The position numbers and the translations under genes were made by a program. A model generated the notes under the pieces. The model made no database searches. It had not been told where the DNA came from and saw nothing but the letters and a program-made list of their open reading frames with translations. A stretch of 64,000 nucleotides of DNA from Cyanidioschyzon merolae (Eukaryota), in NCBI GenBank assembly GCA_000091205.1, contig AP006501.2. One strand, 5' to 3'. Below are positions 53,942 to 63,616 of the stretch, piece after piece (the first letter of the stretch is position 1; the number at the start of each line of letters is the position of its first letter).

Positions 53942-56290
53942 TTACCCGTCACCGCGCATTTTTCTCATATTGATTGCGGAGTTAAAGTCTCGGTTCACGA
54001 AATCCATTCGTTTCTTGCCATCACTGGATGTACTTACTACGGCAAGTTGTCCGAGAACTTTCGCCCTCCTTTCCATTTGCTCTTCTGTCAGCGCTCCGTA
54101 CTTTGCTATTTCCTCAGGGCTCCTCTGGCACTTTTCCATCTTCACTCTCTGAAGTGTACAACCCAGCTCATGGTGAGTATAGGACGTTCGAAACTCCTCT
54201 ACCCGTATCATAACGAAACGACGTGCGCACTCCTTGTACACCCTCGTCGTTGGAGCTAGCGTAGTTCCTTTTTGGGTCTTCCAGCGCCCTGCTCGATACG
54301 CTACTACGAGCCTCTGACTGTCATCCTCCATCAAGGCACTCAGCTGATTGAAAAAATTCGCGACCGCCCGCTGCTTCCCACAATACAAATTCATTCGCAA
54401 ACGAGCCCACCGGGGCTTGGTATACTCTTTCCACAGCGTATCCCAGTGCGCCATGCGAACTTCCATGACTTTCCGAAAAGCTTCAAAGTCCGCTCCTCGG
54501 CAAGTCACCTAGCTCCAAGCTTCCAGGTGATCTTTCATTCCTGAAATCCATGTCTCGATTTTCTTCCTCGCATTCATGATTCCCGAGTCTTGATAGTATC
54601 TCCCTCTCGAGAACCTCAAAAGACGCATGTCTTTCTGACGTAAGTTACCATCAGTACCATCTTCCGCACGCTTCAATGCTGCGATGGTAATGATATTCGT
54701 ATTCCCAGGGTCCGCGCCAACGACAAAGTCGTTATCTAGCACTCTCTGGGTCGCAGGGCCCACCTTCTTGTCTTCTTCATGCTTCACCGCGTCAACGACA
54801 AGGTCTTTATCCTGCATTTCCTGCGTCGTAGAATCCGCCTTCTTCGCATCTTCATCCTTCGCCGCGTCAACGATAAAGTCGTTATCCTCCACCGCCTGCG
54901 TCGCAGGACCCGCCTCTTGGTTTTCTTCATGCTCCTCTGCGTCAACGGCAAGCTCGTTATCCTCCACCTCCTGCGTCGCAGGACCAGCCTCCAGCTCATC
55001 TTCATCGTTCGTCACGCCAACGACAAGGTCGTTATAATGCACCTCATGCATCGCAGGATCCGCCTCCTACTTTTCTTCAGCCCTCGTTCCGGGCGCAGCC
55101 GATGGAGGGACTGGACGATCTTTCTTCAACCGTCGATAGTGTACGCACACGGTTACTCCATCGGTTTCGATCATCCCAGTGAGCTACTTTTGCTTGCTCG
55201 TTTTGAGACGTTTGAAACCGAAGATATTCTTCCAGTACGTCTCCCGGTTTTCGCCGGTGAAGTGCTCCCTACTAATATTGAACTCCGCACTGATCTCCTT
55301 TATGATGCCGTAAAGGACCGCGGAGTCGATCGTCATAAAATGAGCCTTGATGTTGCACAACGGAACGACATTGAAGCACTCACCCAATAGGAAAGCCTTC
55401 CGTCTCTCCCATTCTTCATTTTTCCTCACTCAGCTTCATCTCCGCTTTGCGTTCGAGCTCTCGGCCCAGAAACACAAAATACCGCCGGAAGATGCGATAG
55501 TATCTTTCCTTATCTTTTTTCAACTCTGATATCTTGTCTGTTGGATTCACCAGCCCCAAGACTGCACGATGCTCTTGTATAGCCGCACGGGTTACAGATA
55601 CTTCATTCGTGCTCCTTTTTTGACGTCTTCTTGTCGACGAATTCGACGTAATCTTCATGCTGGCGATCTTTCGTGATGCCACTGATGATCGACCATATCC
55701 CCTTGCGAGAGATGCCCGGGTTGAGTGCAAACGCGGTGCGTATCATGAAACATGCGAGGTTCTCTGTCAAATGGTTCTTCAGGTTCGTGATGTACTTCAT
55801 TGCCCCATATGTGTAAATATGCGAGTCACCCCTGCGCCGAGCACCCTCGAAGCGGAATACCGCGAAGTTTTCGTGGAGAGTATGCATTAGCACATTTTCC
55901 CTCCACGTTCCCGCTGTACCATGCATCAGGTATCGAAAAGACGTCTTGTCGAAGAACTCGCCCGGAATCTCGACCGTTTCCATCTGCGTCATTTGTTCGT
56001 ACATCTCCCTCGCCAAATGCATCAGTCCGGAAGACGCCTTGGCAATACTCTTGGAGTACGAGTCGACATGCTTTCTGATAGCGTCTCGCAACTTTTCCGT
56101 ATAGGGATGCTTGATATGTCCAAGAAGAGAGGTTTTCACCACTATCTCGTGGTACAGTTGTCGTTCTTGCAGCCTTCGACGTAGGGCCTCCCATTTTGCT
56201 TCTTTTTCTTTTGCTCTTCGTCGGGACTCGGCACTGTATTTGTTTTTCTGGCAGCCGGCGACAATGGCGCTTCAGGATCGTGGACTTGCT
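53942..56290 (-). pseudogene. decayed TnpB/Fanzor-like RuvC nuclease gene (transposon-associated), interrupted by frameshifts and in-frame stops
   Basis: The remnants lie in order on the minus strand. RuvC-I is 'VVGADPGNTNIITIAA' (54509..55051). RuvC-II is 'FVMIRVEEFRTSYT' and RuvC-III is 'DFVNRDFNSAINMRKM' (53942..54508), with a degenerate H/C cluster between them. An in-frame TAG at 54509-54511 separates the two ORFs. Further TAGs at 55067-55069 and 55184-55186 fall in the same frame. Upstream pieces sit in two other frames (55603..56142, and a short ATG ORF starting ~56290). Whether the N-terminal region is also TnpB-like is not established. Confidence 0.4.
54716..55090. repeat. 75-bp tandem repeat x5 encoding acidic 25-aa repeats inside the TnpB-like pseudogene
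   Basis: Units start at 54716, 54791, 54866, 54941 and 55016, an exact 75-bp period. They encode '...GPATQ.VEDN.F.VDA..DED.KK...' on the minus strand. Confidence 0.75.
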
Positions 56291-57288
56291 TTTTCATAGC
56301 TCTCCTTTTTTAGGTATTTTCGAAAAAGAACGCTCTTTGAACCCTTCTGTTATATACTGCGAAAAAGTACTTGACTAGACTTGTTTGAGGGCTGAAACAA
56401 AAATGAACTGAAAGACTTTACTTGGCTAAGAGCTCAACGGAAATCCAACTTTTTCTGGCAGAACAACACGCTCGTTACTAGGATCGCGTTTCCCTTCAAC
56501 GGCGGCATGCGCGTCGTGTCAGTTCACTGCCTGATCTCCGAGGCGTGCTCCCTGAGCGCGATGCGTGCACCGCGCGAGACGCTGCACCGATCCATGAAGG
56601 ACACGTGTCCGACACCGCCTTGGCATATGCGTATTCGCACCGCACTGCAGCTGGAATAAAGTATCGTAGATTGGAAACTCACGTAGAATGATCTCTTGCC
56701 ATAGGCTCTGGCGGCGGTGCCAACGCTACTGCCCATCGCAGTACCGACCTGACGTACAAGGGGATTTTGGGGCCTGGCGAGATACCCCTCGACGCTTCTA
56801 TAAAAAGCGTTGCGTTCTCTGCGGCTTACGCTTGTGTGGATAAGGAAAACATTATTCTACTCAATGGGATTTTCGTTAGTTTTATTGATCGTAAACAAAC
56901 AAGGCACGATAGGATTCCTGAACACGGATACACGTTTAATCCCGGTGCTTGTTATGCATGCGGCACGGACGCTGGAATAACGAACTGACCTGAGTTGTGC
57001 TTCTATCCTGCGTCACGTTCTGGAACTGATGGCAGATCAAGTCATTTCCATGCTATCGTCGTTGTCCAAGTTATGGCGCCCGCTACTCTCCCGGATCCTG
57101 TGATCTTGGGAGAGGCATAGCATACATAGAGCGTTCATACGTGGCACAGCACTTGACCAACGCATCTCACCTGGAACGATCGAGGAACCCGCCAAAAAAA
57201 GCATACTGAATTCTGATCTACTCTTTAAGATTAGTTTCAGGAGACTAACCCATACATCGAGCCCGGAAGAGACACAGCCGACAAAAAA

Positions 57289-57381
57289 TGCTTTTGAAAA
57301 GAAAAACGCTGCTGCCCGCGGTGCACGGTAGTGGCGAGTGACCCGCCCTAAACATGACGTCTCCAACTGACGTGCAGACGC
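57289..57381. repeat. right copy of the ~90-bp direct repeat (partner at 53744-53832)
   Basis: See the left copy. It has the same orientation, and the two copies are 3.55 kb apart. Confidence 0.7.
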
Positions 57382-57766
57382 TTCCAAAATAACATACCAC
57401 CGGAGGAAATTCCCTTATACCTCCTCTACGGTATTCGTCGGAGAGCCACGTCGACGTTCGTGAACGGTCGTTTAGATATCTGAGCGCAGCACTGCGGAAC
57501 CCTTGGCACTAACTGCTGATGAGGTTGTTGATGGGAAGCATAGGAGTTTTGCCTAGTTTCTCAGAAAGACATTGAGCACTTGTGCTAGATGTGCTCAACG
57601 CTATGCAGTGTACGGGAGATATAGGTCAGACTCTGGACAATTGACGGGCGATCACTCTTGCAGCTACGCAAAAGAGGTTTTTGACTGGATACGCATGGTT
57701 GAGCGAACGTCTCTAGTTGGTGGCGCGTTCAGCAGCTTTGCACCAGAGGAAATCTAATGCAAGAAA

Positions 57767-58842
57767 ATGCAAGCTCTTTTCGTTTTTGTCCCGTTGTACC
57801 AGGAAAGACACATTGTTCGCGCGCGCGCTGCAACTCGAGCACGGTTCCCGCTACGTACCGCACGTGACGGGTGCTTCGCAGACGGACAATGCCACCACTG
57901 TCAGCATCCGCTTCCCTTGTTAGTGCAGCCCTCGCCTGTAGCACGCCGGCACCACGCTCTGCATCTTCGTATGGGCCCGAAACAGTCGCAGGTCGCCGTG
58001 ATCACTGGCGCGTCCTCTAGAGTCGGTCTGTATTCCGCTCGCGCTCTGATCAGCAAGGGCAACTGGCACATCGTCATGGCATGTCGTGACGTCGACCGGG
58101 CGGAACGCGCAGCAAACAGCGTGAACCTTCCAAAGGACGCCTATACAGTGCTGCATTGTGATCTGGCTGATTTCGCCTCTGTGTTGAAGTTTGCGAGAGA
58201 GCTATCGAGTGTGGCGCGCGTGGATCACCTGGATGCCCTGATCTGCAATGCCGCACTCTGGCATCCGCGGGACAAGAAACCGCTTCTCACGGTGGACGGC
58301 ATCGAGAAGGCCATACAGGTTTGCTATCTGAGCCATTTGCTTATATGTCGGAGGCTATTGCCGAAGCTGAAAGTATCGCGCGGGCGCATTGTGTTTCTGA
58401 CGACTCAGACCCATTCGCCGAATTCGTTGCCGGGAAAGATTCCCCCGCAGGCTCGTCTCGGTGACTTGTCTAGTCTAGCCGCGGGGCTTGGTCCGCGGAC
58501 GACGGGCATGGTGGACAGTGGCCCGTTTGAGCCCACAAAAGCCTACAAAGACGCCAAAGCCGCGAACGTTTTATCAATGAAGGCGCTCAGTGATCGATAC
58601 GGCCGCGACGGGGTGACCTCTGTGGCGATTTTCCGGGATGTGTCGCCGACAGCAACCTCTTCCGCGAAAAGCGTGGCTGGTTCCGATACGTATTCTTCCC
58701 GATTCTTCAGAAGTATATCACTCCGCAATACGTTCCGAATGACGAGGCCGGCCGCCGTGTAGCCGAAGTGGCGACCCAGGGACAGTTCCCGGACTCGGGC
58801 TCGTATTATCAGTGGCGTGGCAAATATACGTATGGGGGATAG
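57767..58842 (+). CDS. POR: light-dependent NADPH:protochlorophyllide oxidoreductase (POR), plastid-targeted; the reading frame is interrupted by an apparent 1-nt deletion near 58631-58636
   Basis: After an ~80-aa presequence the protein aligns along its whole length to plant POR: 'VAVITGASSRVGLYSARALISKGNWHIVMACRDVDRAERAANSVNLPKDAYTVLHCDLA ... LICNAA ... GKIPPQARLGDLSSLAAG ... MVDSGPFEPTKAYKDAKAANVLSMKALSDRY'. After 'VTSVAIF' the similarity continues only in the -1 frame: 'PGCVADSNLFREKRGWFRYVFFPILQKYITPQYVPNDEAGRRVAEVATQ ... SGSYYQW', ending at TAG 58840-58842. The track ORF stops at 58762 in the wrong frame. Confidence 0.85.
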
Positions 58843-59121
58843 AAGACCGAACCGCAGGTTATTGAACCAACGTAAGAAATCGACAAGGCAGATCAGCTTT
58901 ACGAACTGAGTCTTGATCTGATCGACCAGGCGTTACGGAGGCGAGGCCTAAAGTCGAATTACTTGGCCCCTGTCTAAGGTTTGTTAGTGATGAAAATGAG
59001 ATGCGGGCTTCGGAGCGCAGACCGCTGCGTCAAGGACGGATGTGGGAGCAACAGCGTAACGATGAGACGACACCCCACTGTCACAATCGGATAGCGGACG
59101 GATGGGTGGGCACACCTCCTG

Positions 59122-60743
59122 ATGTGGAGAACCAAAATTGCTTCGCAAGTCAGAAAGCGTACTGCAGTAGTGATTAATATAGCTATAGCTATGACCTACT
59201 TCGCATCGAATGCGCCAGAGACTGCCAACTGTGGTCGTTCAAGAGGGCAGAGCGCGTTTATTTGGGTAATTTTGTGCGGTGAAGAATACGGCAATAGAAG
59301 CGCACTTGCAGACGTTTGAACGATCTGTGGGTATTCGATATCAAACTGGGTCAACGGGCGTGGATTAATGGAAGCTCGGTAGTGAATACTCTAGCAGTAT
59401 ATGGGGCATTGAGCGAGTCAGGCCCGAATAGTGTACCAAGTACTCGCTATGGATCAGCTTTCTGGGACACTAGTAGGACTGATCCGATCGTATTTGTTGG
59501 AAATGGATACATAAACACGAGCGGCAGTGACTTTCTCAATGATGTCTTTGCATTAAAGAAAACATTCCCTACTCCAACACCAAAAACTTCGCGGACACCT
59601 ACCCCCATCTGCTCCAATGAGCTCTGCGGATCTCCAGGACAGTGCATCAACCAGGACGCTTGCGAGCAAGTCGGGTGCTGCTTTAACTCCCAGACGAACG
59701 CTTGCACCCTGAAGAGCGTCTCAGCGGCGTGCAGCGCTGTTGAAGTGACGCAGCGCGTCACCTGCGGCTGGAGCTACATCTACCCCGACGAGTGCACTGC
59801 GATACCGGGATGCTGCTGGCAGCCCACAGCGAACGGCATCCTGGCACCCTGGTGCTACTACGACATCAACCATGCACCGCAGGCTTCCGTAGCGCTGCAG
59901 GAGATGCAGGCACCGGTTCCCGTCTGCGCATCACCGGGAGCGCAGCGCCAGCCATGCGGCGACGCGGGTATCAACCAGTTTACCTGCTATGCCCAGGGCT
60001 GCTGCTACGACTCGCAGGCGCAGAACCAGTGGGTGCAGAACGGCAAGCAGCAGAGCGACTTTGCGTCGAACCCGTACTGCTTCCAGCCTGAGAAGACGTG
60101 CGCGGTGGGCGAGTTTGAGCGCCAGCCGTGAAATAACGTGGTGAATCAGAACCAGCAGCGGAGCAACAATAACATCAACAGTAGCCAGTTTGTGCGTCTG
60201 CTGAACACGGTCCTTTACGGAGAGCAGCACGGGACGCCGCGCACGAGCTACGCGTCGCAGCAGTGTCTGGAGGCTGGTTGCTGCCTGGGGATCGGCAACG
60301 AGTGCTTCCAGCCGGTTACCGAGTATGTTTGCCAGACCTATGGGTATGCGTCGAACTCGCTGAGCGGCACGACCGGCAAAGTGTCGAACTCGACGTATAT
60401 TCCATGCGGCTCCGAGTGCTGCAACGCCGAGACGCAGAACTGCACGTAAAACCCGTTCAGTAACAACAATAACCAGCAACTGCAGCAACAGCAGGTGCTG
60501 TTGCCGTCATTCTGTGTGTGCAAGGACCCTACAGTTCAGTCCGGGACGTACCTGATCGCTTCGGATAACCTTGTGCACAAGGTGCGTTGCTGCCGCTCTG
60601 GCGAGGAGTGCATCAACAACAAGTGTATGATGATTAGTCCTACGCCGTCTCCGAGTGCCGTTATTGCGACTGCAACTGCGTCTGCAAGTGCGTTGGTATT
60701 GGTGTCGACCTCGACGCGTGCCTCAGCAAGTACTTCAGTATGA
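59122..60743 (+). pseudogene. disrupted secreted Kelch-fragment / TP-linker / triple P-type (trefoil-like) Cys-module gene; paralogue of the N-terminal part of 61427..63616
   Basis: Frame 1 (59122-59319) encodes a Kelch-like 'GQSAFIWVILCGEEYGN'. A frameshift follows. Frame 0 from 59316 gives 'NDLWVFDI ... YGSAFWDTSRTDPIVFVGNGY ... LNDVFAL' (Kelch-like), then 'TPTPKTSRTPTP', then three modules with CG ... GCC[FWY] ... (P)[WY]C[FY] spacing ('TCGWSYIYPDECTAIPGCCWQP ... APWCYY', 'PCGDAGINQFTCYAQGCCYDS ... NPYCFQP'). The same frame continues through an in-frame TGA (60129-60131) and TAA (60447-60449) into further Cys-rich and N/Q-rich segments and a hydrophobic tail. The downstream segments have no ATG. 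Confidence 0.45.
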
Positions 60744-61426
60744 ACCACTGCGTAGACGGCAGCTATCTGTACGGCCCCGCGCGCGCGAACACAGAACTAA
60801 AACATGTTTCAGTTATTGGTATATTGATTCCATGAGGAACGTGGTTGTACAATATAGTTCGCACGTGCATGCACGCAACCTTCCAGTCCGGGTTGGGGGC
60901 CCACAATCCAATGTTGAGGGTATCTGGACACCAAACTTAGCCCTAGACTGGACATCGACAAATATGCAGATGGCCTGCAGAAAGAGGGAGTTTTTCGTAC
61001 TGCGTCATAGCGGGCCGGGTCCGAATGTGCGACGGGCACGCCATTAGCCTTTTTCGATATTTGGACTCTGCAAGGGTATTTGAAACACGACTGCGGCGTA
61101 GACTGCTACTTTGTATTGCCATTACGAGAGCGCCTTCATGAAACTCGGTAGCAGACGCTGCAAAATATCTTTGTCCATTTATGATAGAAATGTCCTGTTG
61201 CGGGAGCGCCGTGCGCAGATCTGCGTCATTCAGACGGCGGTGCTTGACGCGCTCCCGTGCTGCTTACCTCAGAATACTTCGTGGAGGCTCGTAGTGGTAC
61301 GGACGGAGACAGCAGTGACAACAGTACCAGCAGCTGGAGGCTCTCCTATCCCTGTAGATAGTAAGCAACTCGTTTCTCTGGGAGGCGTTTACTTTTGACT
61401 GGTGCAGAACCCCTTTCGTATCCTAT

Positions 61427-63616
61427 ATGCGAAAAAGGTATTTTTCTATTGTGAGACTCCTGGTTATAGTATTGGTTGTGTCGGGAACACACACAGTTCG
61501 TGGAGTTTTGTCCGCAGAGAATACTGTATTATGGACCTGGATCGGTGGTAGTAGCTCTAACGGCAGTTCAGGTAGCTACGGTGTTCAGGGTGTGCCGAAC
61601 ACCAGCAACGTGCCTCCGGCGCGGTACGGTGCGGCCTTCTGGACCGGCGCTGACGGGGTGCTCTGGTTGTTTGGTGGTGGCAGCGACTTGAGAGACGTCT
61701 TCGGTGATCTCTGGAACTACAATCTAAGCACGTTCTCTTGGACCTGGGTTGGAGGCTCTGCATCCCTCAACTCTGGAGGGGTATACGGCTCCCTCGGAGT
61801 TCCCAACAAGAGCAACTATCCGCCTTCGAGGACGGAATCCGCTGCTTGGAGTGACAGCAACGGAAACCTTTGGTTATATGGAGGCTGGAATTTGAACTTG
61901 GGCTATAGTGATATGTGGATGTATAATGTATCGTCGGGCGAGTGGACATGGGAGCAGGGATCCAACAAGACCAATGTTTCCCCGACATATGGTCCTCTTG
62001 GGAACTCGTCTGCAAGCAACACGCCTGGCGCTCGTTTCCAACCCGCGACCTGGGTTGGCCTAGATGACCAGTTTTATCTCTTTGGTGGATTTAGTCCTAG
62101 TGGTACGTATTACGGTGACTTGTGGCAGTACAACACAGTGACCAACGAATGGAGCTGGATAGGTGGCACTCAACAGCTGTCTCCCTCTGGAAGCTATGGT
62201 GCGTTTCGCCAGGCATCGCCGAACAGTTATCCCGCTGGACGTTTCGGAGCCACCTCGTGGCGAGACCTTGATGGGAACTTTTGGCTATATGGCGGTTTGG
62301 GAGAGATTGACGCAGTTGGCAGCTTTCTCAATGATTTATGGCTGTACAATATCAGCTCCAAAGAATGGACTTGGATGTCTGGAGATGACAGTGTTGGCTC
62401 AAATGGGGCAGTATACGGCGAGAAAGGAGTGCCGTCATCGAGCAACACTCCGGGGTACAGATCCGGTTCCTCTGGATTTGTAGACTCGTCAAACACTCTG
62501 TATCTCTTCGGTGGTGTTTCACGCGGCGTCTGCAACGACCTGTGGACGTTCAATATAACGAGTCTTGAATGGACTTGGGTAGACGGTGACGATACAACGA
62601 ATGGAGCCTATAGCTACGGCGAGGTTAACAAGACAAGCAATACAACGCTTCCACCTCCGCGATACGATGCAGTTCTTTGGAATACCGATCAAAACGACCC
62701 GGTCCTATTCGGAGGCCTCGGTAGCTCAGGTAGCTATAACGACCTCTTCACATTATACATCGCAGCACCGACGCCTACACCGACCGCAACACCGACTCCG
62801 ACGGCCTCACCGACGCCCTCCGTTACTGCAGCACGGTCGGCAACGACAAATGTGACGCAGACCGCTGTAGGCGAAGGCTCTGCGGTCTGCTTCCCCGCGG
62901 ATGCCTCGGTGCTGATCGATGGTCTGGGCAACCATCTGCAGATAAGCGAGCTTCGATCAGGTATGGCCGTGATGGGCGTCAATGGGCGCGGGCAACTGGT
63001 CGAAGATAGTGTACTAGGATGGTTGCATAACGAGCCCGGCGCTACTGCAGAGATTCTGGCGATCAAGACGCTTTCCGGAAAGCAGCTGCGTCTGACGAGA
63101 CAGCATCTGGTATATCGAGTGATCGAACACTTTAGAGACTTTGATAGTATGATGACCACTTTCTCGTGTATTTCACAGAAGCAGCAGCAGCAGCATCAGA
63201 AGCACATACGTCGGAGCCTTGAGTTGGGTACCACCGCCGTTGAGGCAGTTTTCGCGGAAGATATCCGCGTTGGCGACGCTCTGCTGGACGTTGCTGCGCA
63301 CCTGCCGGACCCCGTGGTGGCAATCGAGACAGTAGTTACGCACAATGGTCTCTATGCGCCGTTGACTCGCTCAGGGCGCCTTGTGGTCGACGGCGTTCTC
63401 GTGAGCTGCTACGGGACGTACGCATCGCATGCCGTGGCCCATGCAGTGTTGTGGCCTGCGCGGGTCGATGCTCTGCGCAAGGTATGGACATCAGGGCTCG
63501 GCACAGAGGGTATTGTGGGTATCATGCCATACGCAGAAAGGCTCTATCACATTTGGACGAGTGCAGCACGTGTTTTAACGGAGGCTCGCGTAAGTGTTGT
63601 AGTTGCAGCCTGCTGA
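61427..63616 (+). CDS. secreted Kelch-repeat beta-propeller protein with C-terminal Hint (Hedgehog/intein-type autoprocessing) domain (Hog-type protein)
   Basis: The ATG is verified at 61427, followed by the signal peptide 'MRKRYFSIVRLLVIVLVVSGTHTVRG'. Six Kelch-like blades follow ('PPARYGAAFWTGADGVLWLFGG', 'DLWNYN ... WTW', and so on). A Thr/Pro linker 'APTPTPTATPTPTASPTPS' comes next. The Hint module begins at 'CFPADASVLIDGLGNHLQISELRSGMAVMGV' and runs through '...TRQHLVY ... HNGLYAPLTRSGRLVVDGVLVSCYGTYASHAVAH'. The conserved Cys-Phe-Pro start and TxxH are present. Confidence 0.8.
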   Translation: MRKRYFSIVRLLVIVLVVSGTHTVRGVLSAENTVLWTWIGGSSSNGSSGSYGVQGVPNTSNVPPARYGAAFWTGADGVLWLFGGGSDLRDVFGDLWNYNLSTFSWTWVGGSASLNSGGVYGSLGVPNKSNYPPSRTESAAWSDSNGNLWLYGGWNLNLGYSDMWMYNVSSGEWTWEQGSNKTNVSPTYGPLGNSSASNTPGARFQPATWVGLDDQFYLFGGFSPSGTYYGDLWQYNTVTNEWSWIGGTQQLSPSGSYGAFRQASPNSYPAGRFGATSWRDLDGNFWLYGGLGEIDAVGSFLNDLWLYNISSKEWTWMSGDDSVGSNGAVYGEKGVPSSSNTPGYRSGSSGFVDSSNTLYLFGGVSRGVCNDLWTFNITSLEWTWVDGDDTTNGAYSYGEVNKTSNTTLPPPRYDAVLWNTDQNDPVLFGGLGSSGSYNDLFTLYIAAPTPTPTATPTPTASPTPSVTAARSATTNVTQTAVGEGSAVCFPADASVLIDGLGNHLQISELRSGMAVMGVNGRGQLVEDSVLGWLHNEPGATAEILAIKTLSGKQLRLTRQHLVYRVIEHFRDFDSMMTTFSCISQKQQQQHQKHIRRSLELGTTAVEAVFAEDIRVGDALLDVAAHLPDPVVAIETVVTHNGLYAPLTRSGRLVVDGVLVSCYGTYASHAVAHAVLWPARVDALRKVWTSGLGTEGIVGIMPYAERLYHIWTSAARVLTEARVSVVVAAC

